Shown: positions 18,930 to 28,162 of the stretch, piece after piece
Position numbering within the stretch: position 1 is the first letter of the stretch
Layout: every line of letters begins with the position of its first letter
From: Candidatus Enterousia sp.
Lineage (GTDB): Bacteria; Pseudomonadota; Alphaproteobacteria; Rs-D84
Reading direction: 5' to 3'
DNA: 64,000 bases
Assembly: GCA_045613785.1 (NCBI GenBank)
Contig: JAZLBQ010000026.1
Span: 12,697 to 76,696, forward strand
The notes under the pieces: model-generated
What the model was told of the DNA's origin: nothing
The model's database searches: none
Seen by the model: the letters and a program-made list of their open reading frames with translations, nothing else
Translations under genes and position numbers: made by a program

Positions 18930-20175
18930 TTCTCAGCACCTCAACCGGGTCTGTATTTGCCGCTTTCCACGCTGGATACAGCGTCGCCAAAAATGCCAAC
19001 AATATTGCAATCAGCGCAATACCCAAAACATCTGTCCACACCAACTTTGATGGCAACTCTGACAGATAATATAATTCCGCCGGGAACAAATCCCGTCCTG
19101 TCAACCATTGGAAAAACTGTCGTATTGGTTCAATATAAATTGCGACCACCACCCCCAGTATTGTTCCAAATAACGCCCCAATAATTCCAATTGATGTTCC
19201 TGACAAAACAAAGATTTTCATCATAGACCGACGACTGACCCCAAAAGTTCGCAACACTGCAATATCTTTGTTTTTATCTTTGACCAGCATTACCAACGAC
19301 GAAACTATATTAAAAGCCGCCACAATAACAATCAGCAACAAGATTAAAAACATAACATTTGATTCGACCTGCAACGCCCCAACAAACCCACGATTTAAAT
19401 CACGCCAATCACGGACAACAAATCCTTCGGGCAATAACCTTGCCAAACTTTCCACAACGACTGTTGTATCTTCTGGGTCTTCCAAGAAAACATCAATATG
19501 TGTTACACTATTTCCGATATTTAGATACTTTTGTGCAGTTTCCAGCGGCATAAAGATATACCCAGAATCATATTCATACATACCCATAAAGAAAGAACTC
19601 ATCACCGGATAAGACATAATTCGTGGCATTGACCCAAAAGGTGTTGGTGTTGCTGCATTTGCCGATACCAATGAAATTTTATCCCCCATCGTGACACGCA
19701 ACGCACGTGTAAGCGACGCCCCTGCAACCAATTCACCATCAGATATAGCAGACAAATCCTTACCATAAATACGTGTTCCATTTTGTGTTTTTTTTGCCAA
19801 ATCAGACATACGAATACCACGAATCATTGCCCCTGTGTTATTACCATTGGCTGTGGCCATAACCTGCCCTTCTGCGATTGGCACGATACCGGTTGCCCGT
19901 TGTTCAACAACCTTGTTTTGTTTAATTTTGTCGATTAGGAAATCAAAGTCAGCAATTGCACCATCTTGATGATAGACAACGACATGTCCGTTCATTCCCA
20001 CGATACGCCCTAACAGAGTCTCGTGAAAACCACCCATTACAGACATCACAACAATCAAGGTCGCAACACCTAACATGATACCAATCAGCGACACCCAGGA
20101 AATCACAGAACCGAATCCCCGTTTTTTTGCCCCCAAATATCTAAAAGCGATTTTTCTTTCCAGTTTTGAAAACAT
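18922..20175 (-). CDS. lolC: lipoprotein-releasing system permease LolC/E family
   Basis: 417 aa; N-terminal TM, a large periplasmic domain, and 3 C-terminal TMs (FtsX/MacB-like topology); LolC-like N-terminus FRYLGAKKRGF. Confidence 0.8.
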   Translation of the reverse strand: MFSKLERKIAFRYLGAKKRGFGSVISWVSLIGIMLGVATLIVVMSVMGGFHETLLGRIVGMNGHVVVYHQDGAIADFDFLIDKIKQNKVVEQRATGIVPIAEGQVMATANGNNTGAMIRGIRMSDLAKKTQNGTRIYGKDLSAISDGELVAGASLTRALRVTMGDKISLVSANAATPTPFGSMPRIMSYPVMSSFFMGMYEYDSGYIFMPLETAQKYLNIGNSVTHIDVFLEDPEDTTVVVESLARLLPEGFVVRDWRDLNRGFVGALQVESNVMFLILLLIVIVAAFNIVSSLVMLVKDKNKDIAVLRTFGVSRRSMMKIFVLSGTSIGIIGALFGTILGVVVAIYIEPIRQFFQWLTGRDLFPAELYYLSELPSKLVWTDVLGIALIAILLAFLATLYPAWKAANTDPVEVLRNE

Positions 20176-20187
20176 CAGTTTTTATCC

Positions 20188-21516
20188 TTATTCACTCAAA
20201 AAATCACGCAACGCATCACCAATCAGTTCATTTGCCTGTCCAATTTGAGCAGGTCCATCAACAATTGAAATCACACGTGGCGACATAAAGACAACCAGTT
20301 CTGCAAAAGGCGACACCAATGTTTCAGGTGTTGTCACAAACGAATGCGTTGGAATACCGATAATCACATAGTTATCCCCAACACTTGTTGGCAAATTGAA
20401 TGAGCTCAATTCTCCCTGACTTGTTCGCAACACGATTTTTGCATCAATCTTATCACGACCACCAAAGTCCCCATATTTTCCGGTTGCCCCAACAATTAAA
20501 TCTGTTTCCAATCGTTCTTCACGACCACATTGTCCGATATCAAATCTTGATTGCCAACCATTTGGTATAGCAAACGTTCCTTGAGAAATTAAAACAACAT
20601 TTGCCTGTTGTGCTAAAAATTCCTGCAAAGTTTTTGTATTGATTTCAGGACCTACGACCAACGCACGTCCAACGACACCTGGCACAGACATTTTAATATT
20701 CTTTTCACCGAACGCTGGCAATAAATTCATCCAAACAATTGGGTTATCTGTTCGTGGATAGACACGATAAACATCGATATCCCACGCCAACATATATTTC
20801 TTTCCAGAAACATCTGCGATAATCCTTGCGACCTCACGTTCAGTCTGATAATTTCCTTCAAAGACCAACGTTTTATCTTGCCAATCAACAATTAGATTAC
20901 GCATATCTGCACCATGCATTGCGTCCAGCAACGCCATAATAATCGTTTCATCTTGTGGCATTTTAATCAGCCACTTTCCACGATGCATCAAATGCAATTC
21001 GCCATTTTGTGCATCATAGGAATAATAAGCACGTCCCATTTTTGCCATCAATTCAACAGCATCAGACAACGCCCCCGATGAAATAGTCCCTGAAATTTTT
21101 TCAAATAACTGTTCATCTTCTACAACTGCAATATCTGTTCCGTCCAGCAATTTATCCAACGCCCGTTTAACAGTCAAATCCTTGAATTCATAGTCTGAAA
21201 CTTTCAACTCTGGCAGTTCATCACCCACCCCCAGACGTATCATTTCAATTTTTTCAGCAGGCACAACCGAAACCACACTTTGATTATTCCAATCAACTTC
21301 ACACCGCTTTGGCAGCTCTACCGAAAAGCGTCGTGCAGTATCTGTTGTCAAGGCTGCTTTTTTTGGAAAGATTGGCACAGAATTTTCATCGATTACCAAC
21401 TCGTCAATAACAGTGATATTATCAATAATCTGCACAGGCTTGTCTTCTTGAACACAGGCCGCCATTGCGAAACAACAAATCACCCAAGATAATTTTTTTA
21501 ATGCTCTCATACCCAC
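20188..21516 (-). CDS. outer-membrane lipoprotein with secretin-like features (tentative)
   Basis: 442 aa; signal peptide plus Cys (FAMAAC), a secretin_N-like block (VKRALDKLLDGTDIAVV...LSDAVELMAKMGRAYYSYD) and a C-terminal IIGIPTHSF...ELVVFMSPRVI resembling the secretin VPxLGxIPxLGxLF...ELLVFITPRII motif. Confidence 0.35.
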   Translation of the reverse strand: MGMRALKKLSWVICCFAMAACVQEDKPVQIIDNITVIDELVIDENSVPIFPKKAALTTDTARRFSVELPKRCEVDWNNQSVVSVVPAEKIEMIRLGVGDELPELKVSDYEFKDLTVKRALDKLLDGTDIAVVEDEQLFEKISGTISSGALSDAVELMAKMGRAYYSYDAQNGELHLMHRGKWLIKMPQDETIIMALLDAMHGADMRNLIVDWQDKTLVFEGNYQTEREVARIIADVSGKKYMLAWDIDVYRVYPRTDNPIVWMNLLPAFGEKNIKMSVPGVVGRALVVGPEINTKTLQEFLAQQANVVLISQGTFAIPNGWQSRFDIGQCGREERLETDLIVGATGKYGDFGGRDKIDAKIVLRTSQGELSSFNLPTSVGDNYVIIGIPTHSFVTTPETLVSPFAELVVFMSPRVISIVDGPAQIGQANELIGDALRDFLSE

Positions 21517-21536
21517 TTCCTTTCGATTAGACCCTA

Positions 21537-21917
21537 TCAGATATTCATAACCCTTTCAAATTCTTCCAACGTCATTTCATGTATAGGCTTTTGCGTTGGT
21601 GTTACTAAATCACGCACACGTTCAAATTGTGCTGCAAAGCGATTTATCAGCCCGACAATTTCTGGGGTCAGATTTTTATTCTGTGCAATCAAACGTCGTC
21701 CATACTCTACAACATACTCTAACACATCAGCCATATAAAATCGCCCGACATAGTTTTCCATTGCAATCCCACCCTTTTGGACACAGATTGCAGACATCAT
21801 CATTGCGGTCTGATTATAGTAATTTGCCAACTTGATAAACTGCTGAACAGTCACAGCCATACTATTGTCCTTTCTCTCTTTTTTTACATTATAAAAACTA
21901 TTGCCCCCATAACGCAA
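21537..21917 (-). CDS. hypothetical protein
   Basis: 126-aa ORF; the true start may be the internal MAVTVQQ (~21860). Confidence 0.4.
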   Translation of the reverse strand: MRYGGNSFYNVKKERKDNSMAVTVQQFIKLANYYNQTAMMMSAICVQKGGIAMENYVGRFYMADVLEYVVEYGRRLIAQNKNLTPEIVGLINRFAAQFERVRDLVTPTQKPIHEMTLEEFERVMNI

Positions 21918-21936
21918 TTAAATTATAATATAAACC

Positions 21937-22323
21937 ATGAGAATAAAAATTCTAAGCATCTTTTTATGCATTGCTTTAACTTCATGTGCCTCTGTAAACC
22001 AAGGCAGTATTGACGACGCAACTGTTTTAAATTGGGAAAATGAAGCGGTTACTACCGAACAATTCGTCCGTGACCACAAATCATGCCTGGGAATAGACCG
22101 CCCGTCATACCAGCCACGCTCACGCATTGCGAAATTACTGGCCCCTAACCAGTCTGCAATGATGCCTGATTGGGACGGTCTGTGGGTAACCTTTCAATCA
22201 AACGAATATCGTGACGTTGGGCAACGCAGCCTGATGAGTGTCCCCCGCAACAGTTCATCACGCACCGTTGGTGCATACCGCCGTTGTATGTTCCGCCGTG
22301 GATATTTATTACGTGCAATGTAA
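21937..22323 (+). CDS. hypothetical lipoprotein
   Basis: 128 aa; lipobox LTSC after MRIKILSIFLCIA. Followed by the hairpin terminator at 22322-22353. Confidence 0.5.
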   Translation: MRIKILSIFLCIALTSCASVNQGSIDDATVLNWENEAVTTEQFVRDHKSCLGIDRPSYQPRSRIAKLLAPNQSAMMPDWDGLWVTFQSNEYRDVGQRSLMSVPRNSSSRTVGAYRRCMFRRGYLLRAM

Positions 22324-22353
22324 AAAAAACAATCCCGAACAGGGATTTTTTTA
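22322..22353. terminator. rho-independent terminator
   Basis: aaaaaaaacaatcccgaacagggatttttttatt. Confidence 0.7.
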
Positions 22354-22513
22354 TTCTCAAAAACAAACGCAAAATAGATGATGAATTTCTGGTGCCCGCA
22401 GGGTGCCAGAAAATTATCAGATATTGCGTATTGTGCAAATTTTACGATGGGCGTGTATTGAACATACATAACCTGAGTAAAATTAAACAAACGCAAAATA
22501 GATGGTGAATTTC

Positions 22514-22587
22514 TGGTGCCCTAAGCAAGAATCGGACTTGCGACTCGTCCTTACCAAGGACGTGTTTTACCACTAGACTATTAGGGC
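22514..22587 (-). tRNA. tRNA-Thr (GGT)
   Basis: Reverse complement GCCCTAATAGTCTAGTGGTAAAACACGTCCTTGGTAAGGACGAGTCGCAAGTCCGATTCTTGCTTAGGGCACCA. Confidence 0.85.
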
Positions 22588-22660
22588 GACAAAACTTTTT
22601 TTCAATTATACGAAGCCACAAGAAAAAATCAAGGATAAAAAATAAAGAATCCTAAACGTT

Positions 22661-22875
22661 TAAATGAAATTAAATAGAATGATTTAGATGCGGACAGTGC
22701 CGTCCCCACAGTGTCCAGAAGCGACATAAGGGAACGGCCCGTTCGCAGATGAATTATCAACAAATAAATGAAATTAAATAGAATAGTTTAGATATGTGAA
22801 AATCCGTTGGCGTAATGTATTGAACATACATGAGCCAACGGATTTACGCATAGATGAATTATTATATTTAATTTT
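22661..22875. repeat. MITE-like element, tandem pair (copy 4a canonical, 4b with a different stem aaatccgttgg/ccaacggattt)
   Basis: 4a (22661-22760) is ~95% identical to copies 1/3 and carries a truncated right TIR. 4b (22767-22875) has the same termini but a different, perfect 11-bp stem. The end of 4b supplies the TAA stop of 22874..23431. Confidence 0.75.
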
Positions 22876-23431
22876 ACTCGATACAACAGTTGACGGCATT
22901 CCTAACCCAGTTCTTTAACTTGCCCATACCACTCTTTTTTTCAGCCTTTGCGGTTTCAGGTGGACATTCAGCAGTTTTTACTGATTCTGATTTTTTTGTT
23001 GCTTTGGCTTCTTTTTTTTCGCCGGTCAGCATCCCCATATTCAATCCCCAGAACATACAATACAATTCATAGGATTGATCAAACAAAGAATACGCAGTTT
23101 CTTTATCCCCTGCAGCCAAGGCTTTAGTTCCAACTTCGAACACACGCATAGATGCCGCCAACAAGTGCTTTGAAATACACCAAACCTCACCTTCATAAGA
23201 AGGGATAATTTTCAGCATTGCATTTTTACGCATTTCACGGACTTCGTTTATCAAGTCATAGAATTCTGTCTTGCCAGTTTTTGCACCTGAAAACATTAAA
23301 TGTTCTTCGATAGAAATCAGGTTCATAATACCGATTGTCAAATCTTGGTCGCTAGACAAATCTTTTGGATTTACTTTTTTTGCGGCATCTAACTTTTCGA
23401 CAAATTCCTGAACAGATTCAATTTTTTTCAT
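22874..23431 (-). CDS. hypothetical protein (C-terminus ...NAVNCCIE)
   Basis: 185 aa with no signal peptide and a Lys-rich tail ending in CCIE. Confidence 0.45.
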   Translation of the reverse strand: MKKIESVQEFVEKLDAAKKVNPKDLSSDQDLTIGIMNLISIEEHLMFSGAKTGKTEFYDLINEVREMRKNAMLKIIPSYEGEVWCISKHLLAASMRVFEVGTKALAAGDKETAYSLFDQSYELYCMFWGLNMGMLTGEKKEAKATKKSESVKTAECPPETAKAEKKSGMGKLKNWVRNAVNCCIE

Positions 23432-23448
23432 ACCTCAATCCTTTTAAT

Positions 23449-23946
23449 TTACATACAACCAATCATCAACCAACTAGCCAACAACAATGCTACAATAGGC
23501 AAAACTACTTTTTCAAACGGAAAGTGAGCATGTCCACCATTTTTATTTTTCATCCACTGATATAATTTGCCTACCAAGACAAAAATCAATGCCCCACACA
23601 AAGTTCCAAACAACACAGGGTCCATAACGAACGCCCCACAAATTGTTACAGGGTTATATTCGACGACGCCCATATAAACGAACCCGATCATTGCAACAGA
23701 CAACAAAATCACGAATGCATCACGTCCACGGAAATGCCATTTTTTCTTGTCCATAAATTTCAAGGTCCAATACCCCAGCAAAGTCAACAATGCCCCAGCC
23801 CACAAACCAACAACTGCATCAGGCACGCCCAAGCGTCGTGCGATATCCAACCCTGCCCCAATGGCGATTGTGCAAACCGGGCACGCCGGATTAGCCAAAA
23901 GATTTCCTGGCATCAACGCAATCAAAGCCAACAAAAATTTACGCAT
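23449..23946 (-). CDS. hypothetical membrane protein with CPVC motif
   Basis: Start taken at MRKFLLALIALMPGNLLANPACPVC; about 4 predicted TM helices. The longer ORF-track N-terminus looks non-coding. Confidence 0.45.
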   Translation of the reverse strand: MRKFLLALIALMPGNLLANPACPVCTIAIGAGLDIARRLGVPDAVVGLWAGALLTLLGYWTLKFMDKKKWHFRGRDAFVILLSVAMIGFVYMGVVEYNPVTICGAFVMDPVLFGTLCGALIFVLVGKLYQWMKNKNGGHAHFPFEKVVLPIVALLLASWLMIGCM

Positions 23947-24118
23947 AACCTTTCCTTTTACTGCTAAATCGTTAGCATTATACAAAATATATAAAAGATA
24001 AGTCAACCCCCACAAATCAAAAACCACCTTCTGCTTGCACCCCTGCATTTTTATGCTATAAACTCTATGTAAAGTTTTTTTATAAAAATATTCCTAAAAA
24101 TTTGATATAATTATAGTT

Positions 24119-25048
24119 ATGAGATATATCACTTTATTTTTTATAATATTTCCATTTGTCGCATCGGCGAATGCACTGCCGCTGGATGATGCATTGCGTG
24201 CCACATACACCGCATGCGTTGGTATTGATGATGAATTGACTGACCTGAAAACAATGGCCGGGATAAATACTGCAATTACATCTGTTGGAACGGCGGCCGG
24301 TGTTGGTGCAACGGTCACAGGGCTTGTAAAAGCCAACAAAGATAAACAAATTGAAGTAAAACTGGAAAAACTGCGCGAAATTGAACAAAAAAATCCAGAC
24401 CTACAATCCACAAATGCTGAATGGGATAATTTTGAATCCGGCCTGACAACAGAACTGGCCAATGCAAAAATAGAGGTTGAAAAATATCAGGCTGAAATTG
24501 AAAAACTGAATAAGCAATCAAAAAAATTGGGTAATTGGCGGACAGGCCTGATGGCGGGCGCAACCGCAACCAATGTGGCTGGTGCAATTATTGCCGGCAC
24601 AAATAAAGTAGATGGCGACCTGAAAACGCAAATAGACAATTGTATCGGCAGTGTCAAAACCCTGCAAAATTCCATTATGCAGGCACGAATAAATGGCGAA
24701 GATGTGTCCGAGGCAGAAACAATCGCATCCGCATGCGTCGAATATGAATATGTCGATGTGTCCAAAATAAACAATCGTGCCAAGGGCGCAATGATTTCAT
24801 CCTCCGTTGGTGCTGCGACTGGATTGGCCGGAACGATTACATCCGCCACAGCCAATTCAAACAAAATACGCAATGCCCAGGGTGATGCAGCACAACAAAA
24901 AGAAAAAAATCTGAATACTGCCTCAAATGTGTTGGCGGGCGCAACAACTGTGGCTTCGGCAACAGCAACTGTATTCAACGCGACACAGATATCCGCGATA
25001 AAAAAAGTAGCAAGTGTTGCCGAAAAATGTACGGGGGTATTGAAATGA
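24119..25048 (+). CDS. secreted Ala/Gly/Thr-rich coiled-coil protein
   Basis: 309 aa; signal peptide MRYITLFFIIFPFVASANA. The stop overlaps the next ATG (ATGA). Confidence 0.5.
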   Translation: MRYITLFFIIFPFVASANALPLDDALRATYTACVGIDDELTDLKTMAGINTAITSVGTAAGVGATVTGLVKANKDKQIEVKLEKLREIEQKNPDLQSTNAEWDNFESGLTTELANAKIEVEKYQAEIEKLNKQSKKLGNWRTGLMAGATATNVAGAIIAGTNKVDGDLKTQIDNCIGSVKTLQNSIMQARINGEDVSEAETIASACVEYEYVDVSKINNRAKGAMISSSVGAATGLAGTITSATANSNKIRNAQGDAAQQKEKNLNTASNVLAGATTVASATATVFNATQISAIKKVASVAEKCTGVLK

Positions 25049-27678
25049 AGAAAACCCTGATTGCATTTTTGTGTACATTTATTGCGTTACCTGCGGTGGC
25101 TGATAATTATATCAAATTCAAGGCATCCGCAATCGAAGATACGATAAATACAATGGTGCCAGAATCACACCGCGCGTCCGCAGCAGACGAATATCAAAAA
25201 CAGATGGATTCAACCACCGGTAAAATATCTGTTATGGGTATTTACAAGGTTTGTGCAGCCGCCGGGTTCAATATAAATAACACAAATGGATATAACGGTT
25301 GTCGCCTGTTTATAAATACAATCGCAGAAAAATCTGGTTTTGGCTCTGGCAGCGCAACCCAACAAAATTGTGCAAACAAGTTCAATGGCATTTGGGCTTT
25401 ATCCCCCGATGGCACAGAACAATGTGTTGGCAGAGACGGCCATAAATTGGTATATCACGCATCATGTGATGGTGCGGGTGACGGTTGTATACGGGATTTT
25501 TCATCCCTGCAAACCCAGGAACCAAATGCACGCGAATTTATACAGGCATACGGACAACAAAAGAATCTGCAATTTACATGTTGGTATACATATGACAATC
25601 GTCGTGGCATAACCAGCCCACTGGGGCAAGATTACATAAAATGTAGTGCCGGTGGTAAATCATACGAATTTGAATTTGACGATTTGATTCAGGACCCAAG
25701 TAAAACCGCGGTTGAATCTGAAAATACAGCCCTGTGTGAAATGTTTGGTGGTAAAATTGTAAAAAATCCAGACAGCAGTATTGAAAAACAATGGCAATCG
25801 TGCGAAGTATCAAGGGAAATTTGCAATGGCCCACTACATAATTTGGCAGTCAAAATCGGACACAATGTAATGTACCAGGGATACTGCCGCCTGTCACGCA
25901 CAGTAACAGAAACATCGGTCGTTGGTCTGAAAACATTACCAGGTGTGGACAGTCGTATATTCTATAACACAGGCGCCCAAATGCGTGCCGGCATGGCCAA
26001 GGAACAAACCGAAGAATATCTGCGCACAAAATTCCCAAATGAAACATATGTAAACTGTGACCCAAATCCAAAAATATTGAACGAAGGCTTTGGAATTGAC
26101 CGGGACTATGTCATGACCTGTACCGTTGGCAGTAAACAGGTTGATTTCATATTCCATGACCTGACCGAGGGGGCGGATTATAAAGCAGAATCTGGCGAAG
26201 CAAAAATGGCATGTGCAATTGTGTCCGAGCGTCTTAACGGACAAAACTGCCATGGTTTGGACCAAGCTGCATGTACAGACCTGGGCAACAAATTAAAGCA
26301 AATGGGGCGTCGTGGCACAGACTATAAACCCGAACAAGGTGGCTGTATATTACTAGACACACAAAACGAAGAACTGGTTAATCTGGGATTGGAAATTGCG
26401 GGCGGTGTTGCATTAACAGTCCTCACAGGTGGCTATGGCGCAATTGCTGTCGTTGCCTCAATTGCAACAGATATTGGCTTTGAACAACTGAATCAATTGC
26501 TACGCAAAATTCCCTATAACGACTATCTAGAGTTTATGGAACACGCCAATAAATGTAGCGACACCGACACCAGCATTGAAAATCAGTATTGCGCTGGGAA
26601 TGTTCTGAATAAATATTTTGCATTAATTGCGGGCAGCATGGATAATCTGGCGCCTGAAATCCAGCAACGTGCAAGTGATAAATTACAATCCATGATGAGA
26701 ATTCTTTCAGATCCCGAAATCCTAACAACGGTTGATTTGTCTCACATTTCGGTTCAAAAGCGATCACGAAACCTGGCTTCGTTTGGTGCACTGGGATTAT
26801 TATGGCTGGCAAACCCTGATAAATGGGCAACCAAGGCCGATGATTTAATCCGCCAAGCCACAAAAATGGGAAAAACTATCAACAAAATTGATAATGTCGT
26901 TGACGCTGCGCGTATGTTTGGACGCACCAATCTTGATGATATTGGTGTTTATTCCAAGGGGTGGAGTGCTTTTCCATTGGAAGGATACAATAAATTCAAA
27001 ATAAAGGAAATAAGTTATCCAGGTGAAGCCGATGATGTACGTAGGGCCTTAGAATCTTCTGTGCCTAAAAAACCAAACCAAGCATTCTTAGGTGTAAAAG
27101 ACGACTATATTTACATAACATATGCAACAGATTTAGATCAGATGCGTCCTATATTCAACAGATATGTATCTGGTTCTAGTGTCGATAATGTTGCCGAAGC
27201 AACAATAAAAATTCCAGCTGGAAAACAGGGGGCGGCAGATATTATCCACAGAAGCGGAAACTCGGATGGTCTTACCGGATGGGAACCTGTCGAGACAATC
27301 GGTGATATAAAGACACCTACATATAACCAAGCTTACACATCGCCATCAAATACAAGCACAAGCAAAAGGTCTATTGTTGACGATTTGTTGGAGGAAAGAC
27401 GCAAAGCACAACAGGTATCTGTTCAAACACCGCAAACAACAGCAACAACCCAAAAATCGTTCTTAGATATTGCACGTGAAGCCGATGAGGCGGGTCAAGC
27501 AAGAATAGACGCATTTCGTGCAAAATACGACATGAGTACACAAGGCAGACTAAAATATACAAAAGAGCAATGGAAAGAAATTTTTGATAATGAAATCGGG
27601 TGGTCTGACCTAGAGGATACTTTCAGGGATGATTTTTTCCGTGATTATCAGTCTCTACTTGAACTAAATCGATACTAA
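25045..27678 (+). CDS. large secreted cysteine-containing hypothetical protein
   Basis: 877 aa from MKKTLIAFLCTFIALPAVA. Has an internal repeat (YEFEFDDL... / VDFIFHDL...) and is translationally coupled to the upstream gene. Confidence 0.5.
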   Translation: MKKTLIAFLCTFIALPAVADNYIKFKASAIEDTINTMVPESHRASAADEYQKQMDSTTGKISVMGIYKVCAAAGFNINNTNGYNGCRLFINTIAEKSGFGSGSATQQNCANKFNGIWALSPDGTEQCVGRDGHKLVYHASCDGAGDGCIRDFSSLQTQEPNAREFIQAYGQQKNLQFTCWYTYDNRRGITSPLGQDYIKCSAGGKSYEFEFDDLIQDPSKTAVESENTALCEMFGGKIVKNPDSSIEKQWQSCEVSREICNGPLHNLAVKIGHNVMYQGYCRLSRTVTETSVVGLKTLPGVDSRIFYNTGAQMRAGMAKEQTEEYLRTKFPNETYVNCDPNPKILNEGFGIDRDYVMTCTVGSKQVDFIFHDLTEGADYKAESGEAKMACAIVSERLNGQNCHGLDQAACTDLGNKLKQMGRRGTDYKPEQGGCILLDTQNEELVNLGLEIAGGVALTVLTGGYGAIAVVASIATDIGFEQLNQLLRKIPYNDYLEFMEHANKCSDTDTSIENQYCAGNVLNKYFALIAGSMDNLAPEIQQRASDKLQSMMRILSDPEILTTVDLSHISVQKRSRNLASFGALGLLWLANPDKWATKADDLIRQATKMGKTINKIDNVVDAARMFGRTNLDDIGVYSKGWSAFPLEGYNKFKIKEISYPGEADDVRRALESSVPKKPNQAFLGVKDDYIYITYATDLDQMRPIFNRYVSGSSVDNVAEATIKIPAGKQGAADIIHRSGNSDGLTGWEPVETIGDIKTPTYNQAYTSPSNTSTSKRSIVDDLLEERRKAQQVSVQTPQTTATTQKSFLDIAREADEAGQARIDAFRAKYDMSTQGRLKYTKEQWKEIFDNEIGWSDLEDTFRDDFFRDYQSLLELNRY

Positions 27679-27950
27679 TCCAATCGCCCCTGTGGCGGTT
27701 TTTGTTTAGTTGTATTTTGTATTATACCTTATCCCTTTGTAAACCTTTGTAATCTTTTGTAGCCTTTTGCCGCGACTTTCTGTTTGTTTCCCTTTATAAT
27801 TCATAGTGTAAAGCAAGCAAAAGGATTACGCATGTAAACATATTTTTCTATGTCCGAAATTATGTCTAGAATATGTAAAACAATCTGCGTAAAGTCGCGA
27901 AATCGGGAAAATTGGCACAAAATAAAAAATCCCGGAACACCGGGAAATTC

Positions 27951-28025
27951 TGGTAGCAGCGGAGGGATTCGGACCCCCGACCAAAGGATTATGATTCCTC
28001 TGCTCTACCACTGAGCTACGCTGCC
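27951..28025 (-). tRNA. tRNA with CAT anticodon (elongator Met or lysidine-Ile2)
   Basis: Reverse complement GGCAGCGTAGCTCAGTGGTAGAGCAGAGGAATCATAATCCTTTGGTCGGGGGTCCGAATCCCTCCGCTGCTACCA; followed by the hairpin tcccggaacaccggga plus a T-run. Confidence 0.7.
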
Positions 28026-28162
28026 AAACGCCACAAATTATAACATTAAAATTTTAAATTGCAAGAAAAACAAATTATTGGATTTTATTCTTGTTTACAA
28101 ACATTATGTTTTTTAACAAAATTTGATTGAGCCCTTATCCCAACTGTGGTATTATGTCCGCT

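Noticed and set aside
3320-22875. CRISPR array interpretation of the repeated ~110-bp elements
   Set aside because: Copies are dispersed over 20 kb, far too long for CRISPR repeats, not regularly spaced, and have terminal inverted repeats typical of MITEs.
22874-22890. C-terminal CCIE of the 185-aa protein as a eukaryotic CaaX prenylation box
   Set aside because: An X of Glu is a poor prenyltransferase substrate, and the TAA stop is supplied by the abutting MITE. The C-terminus may be an insertion artefact.
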